64,000 nt of DNA from Mobula hypostoma (Eukaryota), in the NCBI RefSeq assembly GCF_963921235.1, contig NC_086098.1:5828001-5892000 (forward strand), given 5' to 3'. The notes below the pieces were generated by a model, which did no database searches, was not told the DNA's origin, and worked only from the letters and a program-made list of their open reading frames with translations. Below, piece by piece: positions 12,403 through 24,874 of this stretch (within the stretch, counting starts at the first letter, position 1; every line of letters starts with the position of its first letter). A program made the position numbers and the translations under genes.

Positions 12403-13142
12403 TACCCCCAGCAGTGTGTAAAAACCCTAGCTTTGACTTCTCCCCTAAATCCACTTACCTGAGACAGATGCCTCTGATGTTGGCCATTGCCTCTCTGGGA
12501 AAAAACTGTGCTGGCCCTTTCAGTCTTAGGTTCATAGACAAATGCAGCAGAGAAACAGGCCCCTCAGCCCATCTAGCCTGTGCTCTCATGAACTTATACA
12601 GCTCTATGTCTCTTGCCTCTCACTCTCCTTCACTCCAAAGAGAAAAGCCCTACCTCGTTCAACCTATTCCCATAAGGCATGCTCTCTAATCCAGAGAGCT
12701 TCCCAGTAAATCACCTCTGCACCCTCTGTAAAACTTCCAGATCCTCCCTCTAATGAGTCAACCAGAACTGAACACCATACTCCAAGTGTGATCTCTGTCT
12801 CTCTCTGCAATGTGAATACACGAGTCAGCCTCACATCCCAAGTGTGTGCTTTTATTTAATTGATATGTAGTTGTAGAGGCACAATGCCACCCAGTAACTT
12901 GAGATTGCTCACTCTCTCAATTTCTGATCCCTCTTTGGGGATTGGTTTGATCCCCCTCATCCTACCCTTGCTGAAGTCTACAATCAGCTTTTGATTTACC
13001 TACGTTAAGTGCAAAGTTACCACTCAACGAGCTGGTATATATCACTCCTGTATGGCCTCTCATCTTCTTCTGAGATTCTACCAACAATTGATGTATCACC
13101 AGCAAATTAATAGATGGTATTTGAGCTACACTTGGCCACACA

Positions 13143-16100
13143 GTCCATAAGATATAGGAGCAGAAGTAGGCCATTTGGCACATCGAGTCTGCTCCACCAT
13201 TCAATCGTGGGCTGATCCAATTCTTCCAGTCATACTCACTCCCCTGCTCTCACCCCATACCCTTTGATGCCATGGTTAATCAAGAACTTATCTACGCACC
13301 CAATGACTTGGCCTTCACAGCTGCTCATGGCAACAAACTCCACAGATTTACCACCCTCTGACTAAAGTAATTTCTCCACACCTCTGTTCTAAATGGATGT
13401 CCTTCAATCCTGAAGTCATGCCCTCTTGTCCTAGAATCCCCTACCACAGGAAATAATTTTGCCATATCTAATCTGTTCAGGCCTTTTAACATACGGAATG
13501 TTTCCATGAGATCCTCCCTCATTCTCCTGAACTCCAGGGAATACAGCCCAAGAGCTGCCAGATGTTCCTCATATGGTAACCCTTTCATTCCTGGAATCAT
13601 TCTCGTGAATCTTTTCTAAACCCTCTCCAATGTCAGTATATCCTTTTTAAAATAAGGAGCCCAAAACTGCACACAATACTCCAAGTGTGGTCTCACGAGT
13701 GCCTTATAGAGCATCAACATCACATCCCTGCTCTTATATTTTATACCTCTAGAAATGAATGTCAACATTGCATTCGCCTTCTTCACCACTTACTCAACCT
13801 GCAGGTTAACCTTTAGGGTATTCTGCATAAGGACTCCCAAGTCCCTTTGCATCTCTGTATTTTGAATTCTCTCCCTAACTAAATAATAATCTGCCTATTT
13901 ATTTCTTCCACCAACATTTACTTTCCAACATTATATTTCATTTGCCAATACTTTGCCCATTCCCCTAAACTATCTAAGTCTCTCTACAAGCTCTCTGTTT
14001 CCTCAACACTACCTGCTCCTCCACCTATCTTTGTATCATCAGCAAATTTAGCCACAAATCCCATAGTCCAAATCTTTGACATACATCGTAAAAAGCAGTG
14101 GCCCCAACACTGACCCCTGTGGAACTCCACTGGTAACTGGCAGCCAGTCAGAGTAGGATCCCTTTATTCCTACTCTCTGTTTTCCGCCGATCAGCCCATG
14201 CTAGTAACTTCCCTGTAATTCCATGGGCTCTTATCTTGTTAAGCCACCTCATGCATGGCACCTTGTCAAAGGTCTTCTGAAAATTGCAGTTGGTTAGTCA
14301 GGCAGGACTTTCCTTTCAGGAAAACATGATGGCTTTGGCCTATCTTGTCATGTGCCTCCAGGTACTCTGTAATCTCATTCGTAACAATCAATTCCAACAA
14401 CTTCCCAACCACTGATGTCAGGCTAACAGGACTGTACTTTCCTTTCCGCTGCCTTCCACCCTTCTTAATTAAAGAGTGACATTTGGAATTTTCCATCTGC
14501 TACAATCTATCAATTCTTGAAAGATCATTGTTAATGCCTCAGCAATCTCTCCAGCTACTTCCTTCAAGGGTGCATTCCATCAGTTCCAGGAGATTTATCC
14601 ACCATCAGACCATTAAGCTTCCTGAGTACCTTCTCAGTCGTAATTTTCACTGCATATACTTCACTTCCCTGACACTCTTGAGTGTCTGGTATACTGCAGA
14701 TGTCTTCCACTGTGAAGACTGATGCAAAATATGCATTCAGTTCCTCTGTCATCTCTGCGTCTCTTATTACAATATTTCCAACGTCATTTTTTATTGGTTC
14801 TATATCTACTCTCAATTCTCTTTTACCCTTTATATGCATAAAAAAGCTTTTAGTATCTTCTTTGATATTAGTCACCAGCTTCATTTCATAATACATCTTT
14901 TCCTTCCTAATGACCTTCTTAATTTCATTCTGCAAGTTTTTAAAAGCTTCCCAGTCCTCTATCTTCCCACCAGCTTTAGTTTCCTTGTATGTTTTCTCTT
15001 TTGCTTTTACTTTGGCTCTGACTTCACTTGTCAGCCACGGTAGTGTCCTTCTTCCGTTTGAAACTTCTTCTTATTTGCAATATATCTGTCTTGCACTTCC
15101 CTCATTTTTCACAGAAACTCCAGCCATTGCTGCTCTGCTGTCCTTCCTGCTAGTGTCTCTTTCCAGTCAACCTTGGCCAGTTCCGCTCTCATGCCATTGT
15201 AATTTTCTTTATTCCACTGGAATACCAACACATTGGAATTTAGTTTCTCCTTCTGAAATTTCAAAGTGAAATTTCAAGAGCTGGAATGTTATGATGAGGT
15301 TATATAAGGCATTGGTGAGGCCGAATCTGGAGTATTGTGTTCAGTTTTGGTCACCAAATTACAGAAAGGATATAAATAAGGTTGAAAGAGTGCAGAGAAG
15401 GTTTACAAGTATGTTGCTGGGACTTGAGAAACTCAGTTACAGAGAAAAGTTGAATAGGTTGGGACTTTATTCCCTGGAGCGTAGAAGAATGAGGGGAGAT
15501 TTGATAGAGGTATATAAAATTATGATGGGTATAGATAGAGTGAATGCAAGCAGGCTTTTTCCACTGAGGCAAGGGGAGAAAAAAACCAGAGGACATGGGT
15601 TAAGGGTGAGGGGGGAAAAGTTTAAAGGGAACATTAGGGGGGGGGCTTCTTCACACAGAGAGTGGTGGGAGTATGGAATGAGCTGCCAGATAAGGTGGTA
15701 AATGCGGGTTCTTTTTTAACATTTAAGAATAAATTGGACAGATACATGGATGGGAGGTGTATGGAGGGATATGGTCCGTGTGCAGGTCAGTGGGACTAGG
15801 CAGAAAATGGTTCGGCACAGCCAAGAAGGGCCAAAAGGCCTGTTTCTGTGCTGTAGTTTCTATGGTTTCGATGGTTTCTATGAAGTCGATCATATTGTGA
15901 TCACTGTTCCCTAAGGGGTCCTTAACCATAAGCTCTCTTACCACCTCTGGATCATTGCACAACACTCAATCCAGCACATCCGATCCCCTAGTGGGCTCAA
16001 CAACAAGCTGTTCTAAAAAGCCATCTTGTAGACATTCTACAAATTCTCTCTCTTGAGGTCCAATAGCCTAGTTTTCCCAATCCACTTTCATGTCAAAGTA

Positions 16101-16568
16101 CCCAACGTTTATCATAACAATGCCCTTCTGACATGCCTTTTCTATCTCCTGCTGTAATTTGTAATCCACATCCTGCCTGCTGTTTGGAGGCCTGTATACA
16201 TCTGCCATTCGGGTCCTTTTACCCTTGCCATTTCTTAACTCAACCTACAGAGACTCTACACCTTCCGATCCTATGTCATCCCTTTCTAATGATTTAATAT
16301 TATTTCCTACACACAAGGCCACACCACTCCCTCTGCCTTCTAATCTATCTTTCTGATACACCATATATCCTTGGACATTCAGCTCCCAATGGCAGCCATC
16401 CTTTTAGCCAAATTTCACAGATAGCCACGTCATACTTGCCAATCTGAGCTGAATTTCAAGATTGTCCATTTTATTTCTTAAGCTGGGTGTTTTCAAATAC
16501 ACCAGCTTTAGTCCAGTATTTGTTGCTTTCTGTTTTAACTGCACCATGCCTCCATTGCCCTGTAACTC
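13143..16568 (-). mobile_element. Older CR1 LINE (APE to 3' end) hosting younger CR1 insertions
   Basis: Minus-strand ORFs 13325-13600, 14266-14496 and 14564-14935. APE pieces (KDPLGNSDHNMIDF; LKLVYLKTPSLRNK). Tail at 13143. Confidence 0.88.
15270..15880 (+). mobile_element. Young 5'-truncated CR1 with (TTTCTATGG)n tail
   Basis: ORF 15291-15701. Nearly identical to the 3' part of 42318-43394 and to 31434-31686. Confidence 0.9.
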
Positions 16569-18615
16569 AATAGACAATAGACAATAGGTGCAGGAGTAGG
16601 CCATTCGGCCCTTCGAGCCAGCACCGCCATTCACCGTGATCATGGCTGATCATCCACTATCAGTATCCAGTTCCTGCCTTATCCCCATAACCTTTGATTC
16701 CACTATCTTTAAGAGCTCTATCCATCTCTTTCTTGAAAGCATCCAGAGACTTGGCCTCCACAGCCTTCTGGGGCAGAGCATTCCACATATCCACCACTCT
16801 CTGGGTGAAAAAGTTTTTCCTCAACTTCGTTCTAAATGGCCTACGCCTAATTCTTAAACTGTGGCCTCTGGTTCTGGACTCACCCATCAGCGGGAACATG
16901 TTTCCTGCCTGCAGTGTGTCCAATCCCTTAATAATCTTATATGTTTCAATAAGATCCCCTCTCAGCCTTCTAAATTCCAGAGTATACAAGCCCAGTCGCT
17001 CCAATCTTTCGACATATGACAGTCCCGCCATCCCGGGAATTAACCTTGTGAACCTACGCTGCACTCCCTCAATAGCAAGAATGTCCTTCCTCAGTTTTGG
17101 AGACCAAAACTGCCCGCAGTAATCCAGGTGTGGTCTCACCAGGGCCCTGTACAGCTGCAGAAGGACCTCTTTGCTCTTATACTCAATTCCCTTTGTTATG
17201 AAGGCCAGCATGCCATTAGCTTTCATCACTGCCTGCTGTACTTGCATACTTGCTTTCAGTGACTGATGTACAAGAACACCTAGATCTCATTGTGCTTCCC
17301 TTTTTCCTAACTTGACTTCATTTAGATAATAATCTGCCTTCCCGTTCTTACCACCAAAGTGGATAACCTCACATTTATCCACATTAAACTGCATCTGCCA
17401 TGCATCTGCCCACTCATCCAGCCTGTCCAAGTCACCCTGCATTCTCATAACATCCTCCTCACATTTCACACTGCCACCCAGCTTTGTGTCATCAGCAAAT
17501 TTGCTAATGTTACTTTTAATTGCCTCATTTAAATTATTAATATATATTGTAAACAGCTGCGGTCCCAGCACTGAACCCTGCGGTTCTGGTCACCACCTGC
17601 CATTCTGAAAAGGACCCATTAATCACTACTCTTTGTTTTCTGTCAGCCAGCCAATTTTCAATCCATGTCAGTACTCTGCCCCCAATACCATGTGCCCTAA
17701 TTTTGCCCACTAATCTCCTATGTGGGACTTTATCAAAGGCTTTCTGAAAGTCCAGGTACACTACATCCACTGGCTCTCCCTTGTCCATTTTCATAGTTAC
17801 ATCCTCAAAAAATTCCAGAAGATTAGTCAAGCACGATTTCCCCTTCATAAATTCATGCTGACTCAGACCAATCCTGTTACTACTATCCAGATGTGTCGTA
17901 ATTTCATCTTTTATAATTGACTCCAGCGTCTTTCCCACCACCGACGTCAGGCTAACCAATCTATAATTCCCTGTTTTCTCTCCTCCTCCCTTGTTGAAGA
18001 GAGGGACAACATTAGCCACCCTCCAATCCAAAGGAACTGATCCTGAAACTATAGAACATTGGAAAATGATTACCAATGTGTCCACAATTTCTAAAGCCAC
18101 CTCCTTAAGTACCCTGGAATGCTGACCATCAGGTCCAAGGGACTTATCAGCCTTAAGACCCAACAGCCTATCCAACACCATTTCCTGCCTAATATAAATT
18201 TCCTTCAATTCATCCATTACCCGAGGTCCTTTGGCCACTATTACATCTGGGAGATTGTTTGTGTCTTCCCTAGTGAAGACAGATCCAAAGTACCTGTTCA
18301 ACTCGTCTGCCATTTCCTTGTTGCCCATAATAAATTCACCCGCTTCTGTCTTCAAGGGCCCAATTTTGGTCTTAACTATTTTTTTTTCCTTTTCACATAC
18401 CTAAAGAAGCTTTTACTATCCTCCTTCATATTCTTGGCTAGTTTACCTTTGTACCTCATTTTTTTCTCCACATATTGCCTTTTTATTTAACTTCTGTTGC
18501 TCTTTAAAAGTTTCCCAATCCTCCGGCTTCCCACTCGTCTTTGCTATGTTATACTTCTTCTCTTTTATTTTTATACTGTCCATTAATTCCCTTGTCAGCC
18601 ACAGCCTCCCCTTAC
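16569..18615 (-). mobile_element. CR1 LINE RT and 3' end, (CTATTGT)n tail
   Basis: ORFs 17537-18355, 17287-17571 (ISKFADDTKL) and 16660-17247. Near-identical copy at 27871-28497. Confidence 0.92.
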
Positions 18616-18759
18616 TGGTTGTGATTATGCCTCATCTCCTGCTTGTCCTTTCTATCTTCACTGTTGCATGCTATCTTTTATTTATTTCTGTTTTCCCCTT
18701 CCTCAGCCCTATCACTCCAGTTCCCATCCTCCTGTTAAATTAGTTTATACCATCCTTAA

Positions 18760-20575
18760 CATAGAAACATAGGAAATAGGTGCAGGAGTAGGCCATTTGG
18801 CCCTTCGAGCCTGCACGCCATTCAGTATGATCATGGCTGATCATCCACTCAGAACCCTGTACCAGCCTTCCCCCCATACTCCCTGATTCCTTTAGCCACA
18901 AGGGCCATATCTAACTCCCTCTTAAATATAGCAAATGAACTGGCTTCAACAGTTTCCTGTGGCAGAGAATTCCACAGATTCACCACTCTCTGTGTGAAGA
19001 AGTTTTTCCTAATCTCGGTCCTAAAAGGCTTGCCCTTTATCCTCAAACTGTGACCCCTCGTTCTGGACTTCCCCAACATCGGGAACAATCTTCCTGCATC
19101 TAGCCTGTCCAATCCCTTTAGGATCTTATACGTTTCAATCAGATCCCCCCTCAATCTTCTAAATTCCAACGAGTACAAGCCCAGTTCATCCAGTCTTTCA
19201 TCATATTAAAGTCCTGCCATCTCAGGAATCAATCTGGTGAACCTTCTTTGTACTCCCTCTATGGCAAGGATGTCTTTCCTCAGATTAGGGGACCAAAACT
19301 GCACACAATACTCCAGGTGTGGTCTCACCAAGGCCTTGTACAACTGCAGTAGTACCTCCCTGCTCCTGTACTCGAAATCTCTTGCTATGAGTGCCAGCAT
19401 ACCATTTGCCATTTTCACCGCCTGCTGTACCTGCATGCCCACTTTCAATGACTGGTGTATAAAAGCTCTATTAAACCTGCCTGCTAGGATATTGGACACC
19501 TGTGGGTTCAGGTGTAACCTGTCCTTTTTGTACAGGTTGTATATCCCCCAGAAGTGACCCCAATGATCCAGGAACCCAAAGCCCTCCTCTTACACCAGTC
19601 TCTCAGCCATGCATTGATATGTCATGCTCGTTAACACTTGTCACAGACAGCAATCCTGAGATTACTACCCTGGAGGTTCTGCTTTTCAGCTTCCTACCCA
19701 ACTCCCTGAATTTTCTCTTCAGGACCTTCTCCCTTTTTCTACCAACATGAACCAAGACTTCTGACTGTTCACTCTCTCCTTCAGAGTGCTCTGCACCCAA
19801 TCCGAGACATCCTGTACCCTGCTACTTGGAGGCAACACACCATGTGAGTATCTCTATCAGGCTGACAGAACCTCCTGTCTGTTCCCCTCACTATGGAATT
19901 CCCTATGACTACCACATTCCTCATCTTCTTCTCTCCCTTCTGCACCATGGAACCAGGCTCAGTTCCAGAGATCCGATCGCTGTGGTCATCCTCTGTCAGG
20001 TCGCCCCACCCCCCGCCCCTCAGCAACATCCAAAATGAGATAACAATTACTGAGGGGGATGGCCACAGGGGTGCTCTCTACTTTCTGAACTCTTCCCTTC
20101 CCTTCACTGACAGTCACCCACTTATCTAACTCCTGCAGCTTTGGGGTGACTTACTCCCTATCTATCTCCTCTCACTTTCCCTGATAAACTGCAGGTCATC
20201 AAGACCAAACACGGTCCCTCAGGAGCTGCACCTCGGTGCACCTGGCACAGATGTCGCCATCTGGGAGACTGGAAGATTCCCAGGATTCCCACATCTGACA
20301 CCCAGAGCAAAGTACTAACCCTACGGACATGCTCTCTATTCCTCAAAAATGCGAGGAAAAAATGAAATCCACTTACCCACTTACCTCGCAGAAGCCCGAA
20401 TGAGCCAAAGCCCTGCCACTCTGACTCAGACCACTCCGTCAATGACCGCTCCGCTAGGCAGTGTCTCCCTTTTATGTCTGAACAATCCCTGCTCTCCAAC
20501 ACACAACTGGTGCTCCAGTTATTGCTGAGTTCCCGCGAAGCTTTCCCCTTTCAAACTCACTGCCGGACCTGTTAT
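18760..20575 (-). mobile_element. CR1 sequence: 5' UTR and ORF1 (Zn-finger plus GDSL/SGNH esterase) joined directly to an ORF2 3' end
   Basis: ORF 19781-20029 (VVIGNSIVRGTDRRFC), ORF 19603-19800 (LKSRTSRVVISGLL). ORFs 19206-19499 and 18849-19178 give the ORF2 C-terminus. Confidence 0.82.
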
Positions 20576-20579
20576 CTTC

Positions 20580-22020
20580 ATGCCATCCGCAAATTTGTCA
20601 CAAAGCCATCAATTCCATTATCTAAATCATTGACAAACAATGTGAAAAGCAGTGGTCCCAATTCTGATCCCTGAGGAACACCACTAGTCACTGGCAGTCA
20701 ACCAAATAGGCCCCTTTTATTCCCACTCACTGCCTCCTGCCTGTCAGCCATTCCTCTATCCATGCCAGTATCTTTCCTGTAATGCCACAGGATTTCATCT
20801 TGTTAAGTAGCCTCATGTGTGGCACCTTATCAAAAGCCTTCTGAAAGTTCAAGTAAATGACAAACAATGCCTCTCCTTGCTTGTTACTTTCTCAAAGAAC
20901 TCCAACAGATTTATCAGGCAACATTTCCCTTTACAGAAACCATGCTGACTTTGACTCATTTTATCTTTCATCTCCAAGTACTTCAAAACCACATCTTTAA
21001 TAATAGATTCGAACACTTTCCCAACCACTTTCCCAAAGTTCGACTAACTGGCGTATAATTTCCTTTCTTTTGCCTTCCTCCCTTCTTAAAGAATCGAGCG
21101 ACATTTTCAATCTTCCAGTCCTCCAGCACCATGTCAGAATCATGTGATTTTTGAAAGGTCACGACCAATGCATCCATATTTCTTCAGGAACCTCTCTCAG
21201 GACTTTGGGATGTAGTCCATCTGGCCCAGATGACTTATCCATCTTTAGACCTTTGAGTTTGCCTAGCACGTTCTCCTTTGTAATAGCAATGGCATTCTCT
21301 CCTGCTCCCTGACATTCACAGACCTCTGGCACTATGCTAGTGTTTTCCACAGTGAGGACCGATGCAAAGTACCCATTAAGTTCATCTGCCTTTTCCTTGT
21401 CCCCCATACCACCTCACCAGCAACATTTTCCAGTGGTCAATTCTCACCTCCCTTTTACACTTTATATAACTGGAAAAACTTTTGGTATCCTGCTTTATAT
21501 TATTAACTCGTCTGCCTTCATATTTCATTTTTTCCATTGTGATAGCTCTTTAGTTGCCTTTCGTTGGATTTTCAAAGCTCCCATCATCCAACTTCGCACT
21601 CACTTTTATTACCTTATATGCCCTTTCCTTGGCTTTTATGCAGTCCTTAACTTCCCTTGTCAGCCATGGTTGCCTACTCCTGTCATTTGAGAACTTCTTC
21701 CCCTGTGGGACATATCTATCCTGCGGTTTATGAACTATTCCCAGAAACTTCATCCATCTCTGCTCTGCCGTCATTCCTACCAGTATCCTCCTCCAATCCA
21801 CCTGGGCGAGCTCCTCTCTCATGCCTCTGTAATTCCCTTTATTCCATTGCAATACTGATACACCTGACCTATGCTTCTCCCTCTCAGACTGCAGTATGAA
21901 TTCAATCATATTAGTATCACTGGCTCCTCAGGGTTCCTTTAAGTTAAGGTCCCTAGTAAGATCTGGATTATTACACAACACCCAGTCTAAGAAAGCCTTT
22001 CCCTGAGTAGGCTGAAGCAT
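20580..22020 (-). mobile_element. CR1 ORF2 fragment
   Basis: ORFs 21550-21909, 21159-21407 (KSSGPDGLHPKVLRE) and 20983-21177. Confidence 0.88.
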
Positions 22021-22021
22021 G

Positions 22022-22760
22022 TATTAGGGTCACTTCACCTGGAAGGACTGTTTGGAGTCCTGAATGGTAGTGAAGGAGGAGCTGTTGGGGCAGGTGTAGC
22101 CACTTGTTCAGTTTGCAAGGCTAATTGCTGGGAGGGAGATTAATTGGGAGGGATGAGCGGACAAGTGCATTGCACAGGGAGTGATTCCTGCAGAAAGCAG
22201 AAAGTGAGGGGGAGGGAATGACGTACTTGGTGGTGGGAAGTTATGGAGAATAATGTGCTGGATGCAGAGGCTTGTGGGGTGGTAAGTGAGGACAAGGGGA
22301 ACCTTATCCCTGGTATGGCGGCAGAAGCGTGGGTTAAGGCCAGACGCAGGCAAAATGGAAGAGAACGGGGTGAGGACAGCATTGATGATGGAGGAAGGGA
22401 AGCCCCTTTCTTTGAAGGAGGACATTTCAATTGTCCTGGAATGAAAAGCTTTATCATGAGAACAGATGTGGCAGAGATTTGTGGGCAGGTTGGAAGTTAC
22501 AAGGAAAGTTGATTAAATTAATGATCTTGGCATGGGACAGGAAGTAGCACCAATGCAGTCATCAATGTAGCACAGAAAGAGTTGGGAAGCAATTTGAGCC
22601 GAAAGATAAATTGTTGAGGGTGAAGACAAGTTCTGCAAGACAGAGGAGAGAGGTGATGGATGGAAACTGGTTGGGTCTGTTGTCCAGAAAGAAGCAGAGA
22701 GCCTTAAGCCTCTGCTGACAGAGGATGGAGGTGGATGGAAACTGGACATCCATGGTGAAA
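22022..22760 (-). mobile_element. Penelope-like element fragment (RT)
   Basis: LFLCYIDDCIGA RT motif and MSSFKERGFPSSII...DKVPLVLTYHP. Homologous to 24875-26240. Confidence 0.8.
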
Positions 22761-22844
22761 ACTTATAAAAATTAGCGGAAATAGTGAAAAGAAAACTGCC
22801 AATATTTATCGAAGGTTATCTACCAGAAAGCTTTATTATATCTA

Positions 22845-24656
22845 CAGTTGAAGTCAAAAGTTTACATACACCTTAGCTAAATACATTTAAACTCAGTTTT
22901 TCACAATTCCTGACATTTAATCCTAGAAAACATTCCCTGTCTTAGGTCAATTAGGATCACTACTTTATTTTAAGAATGTGAAATGTCACGTAAGGGGTTT
23001 CTTCTTTTATGTTACTGCATATGTTAATCAAAATGGCTTCTTTGTTATGTTATAATTAAAATGGCTTCATTGCTATGTTAAATGCTGTGAAAGTTCTCTC
23101 GCTAGCAGCTTGTTTGGGTTATATTATCGATAAGCGAGCAAATGAACCAATGGGTTTATTATTCTTTTTTGGGGTGATATTCTGTCTCCTATGGCTGGGA
23201 AACGGTGTTTTTGGCAGGCTTTTGGAGGAGAGACCGGGAGTAAGACGGATGTGCTGGAAGCGCCCTGGTCGATCACCTTGGGTGGTCCTGAGCGGTGAGT
23301 GGAGGGGGTCGGAGTGGATCGCAGGGGGAAGAGAGACGACCCCGCGTATTTCAGCTCCAACTGTGTGTACAAAGAAATTGAACTTTGATAAGTCTGGTGC
23401 CTTTTTCTTTATCTATGTTATATCTCTATTAATCTCATAGTCCCAGTAAGATTTACAAAGTGTAATCTGTAAAATGTACATTGTGTGCGGTCTGGTGTTT
23501 GATGTTTGAGGTCGTACCAGGTGGCATTGCACAGCAAGCAATGCAACCGGGAGACACGGTTGGGCAGTGGACGGGGTTTCCCCTAGATCATACAAGCCAA
23601 AATAGCTGAGCATTACAGTCAGAATGATAGTAGAGAGAATGATTTATTTCAGCTTTTATTTCTTTCGTCACTTTCCCAGTGGGTCAGAAGTTTACATACA
23701 CTTCGTTAGTATTTGGTAACATTGCCTTTAAATTGTTTAACTTAGGTCAAATGTTTTGGATAGCTTTCCACAAGCTTCTCACAGTAAGTTGCTGGAATTT
23801 TGTTCCATTCCTCCAGACAGAACTGATGTAACTGAGTTAGATTTGTAGGCCTCCTTGCTCGCACACGCTTTTTCAGTTCTGCCCACAAATTGAGATCAGA
23901 AAATGATGTCAAGTCTGGTTCATCCTTGGAAGCAATTTCCAAACACCCGTAGGTACCACGTTCATCTGTCCAAACAACAGTATGCAAGTATAAACACCAT
24001 GGGACCACGCAGCCGTCATACCGCTCAGGAAGGAGACGCATTCTGTCTCCTAGAGATGGAGCGTACTTTGGCGTGAAAAGTGCAAATCAATCCCGGAACA
24101 ACAGCAAAAGACCTTGTGAAGATGCTGGAGGAAACAGGTAGACAAGGATCTGTATCCACATTAAAATGAGTTCTATATCAACGTAACCTGAAAGGCTGGT
24201 CAGCAAGGAAGAAGCCACTGCTCCAAAACTGCCATAAAAAAGCCAGACTACAGTTTGCAAGTGCACATGGGGACAAAGATCTTACCTTTTGGAGAAATGT
24301 CCTCTGTTCTGATGAAACAAAAATTGAACTGTTTGACCATAATGACCATCGTTATGTTTGGAGGAAAAAGGATGAGGCTTGCAAGCCAAAGAACACCATC
24401 CCAACCGTGAAGCACGGGGGTGGCAACATCTTGTTGTGGGTGTGCTTTGCTGCAGGAGGGACTGGTGCAGTTCACAAAATAGATGGTATCATAAGGAAGG
24501 AGATCTATGTGGATATATTGAAGCAGCATCACAAGACATCAGCCAAGAAGTTAAAGCTCGGTTGCAAATGGGTCTTCCAAATAGACAATGACCCCAAGCT
24601 TACCTCCAAAGTTGTGGCAAAATTGTTTAAGGACAACAAAGTCAAGGTATTGGAGT
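22845..24656. mobile_element. Tc1/mariner transposon, Sleeping Beauty (Tss1/Tdr1)-like, rearranged
   Basis: TA|CAGTTGAAGTC..AAGTTTACATACAC outer DR at 22845 and inner DR CAGTGGGTCAGAAGTTTACATACAC ending near 23701. Transposase C-terminus on the minus strand (23706-23891). Paired/homeo DNA-binding domain and DD core (SDETKIE, DNDPK) on the plus strand (23911-24656). Confidence 0.93.
22989..23617 (+). mobile_element. Solo LTR inserted in the Tc1 inverted repeat
   Basis: (C/T)GTAA...TTACA ends. 4-bp TSD GTCA at 22985-22988 and 23618-23621. The IR sequence rejoins exactly when the insert is removed. Confidence 0.85.
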
Positions 24657-24874
24657 TCATCCGCTGTGAACTCCGGGCAATTTTGACCTCTTTCCCTCCG
24701 ACAAAGAATCATCTCCCTGTTTTTTTAGACACCAGGAAATACCATCTTAAATTACCAACAAATGAGATATGAATTAGTATATGATGCACCCCACAGTGTA
24801 GTTACAATCACATTACAAAATAAACAGAATTATCTACCTAAAAATACAGTATACAAACAACACCACACAGAGAC

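Noticed and set aside
22845..23720. Sleeping Beauty vector contamination or transgene
   Set aside because: The copy has many stops and substitutions, an internal inversion and a nested genomic solo LTR, and no vector sequence flanks it.
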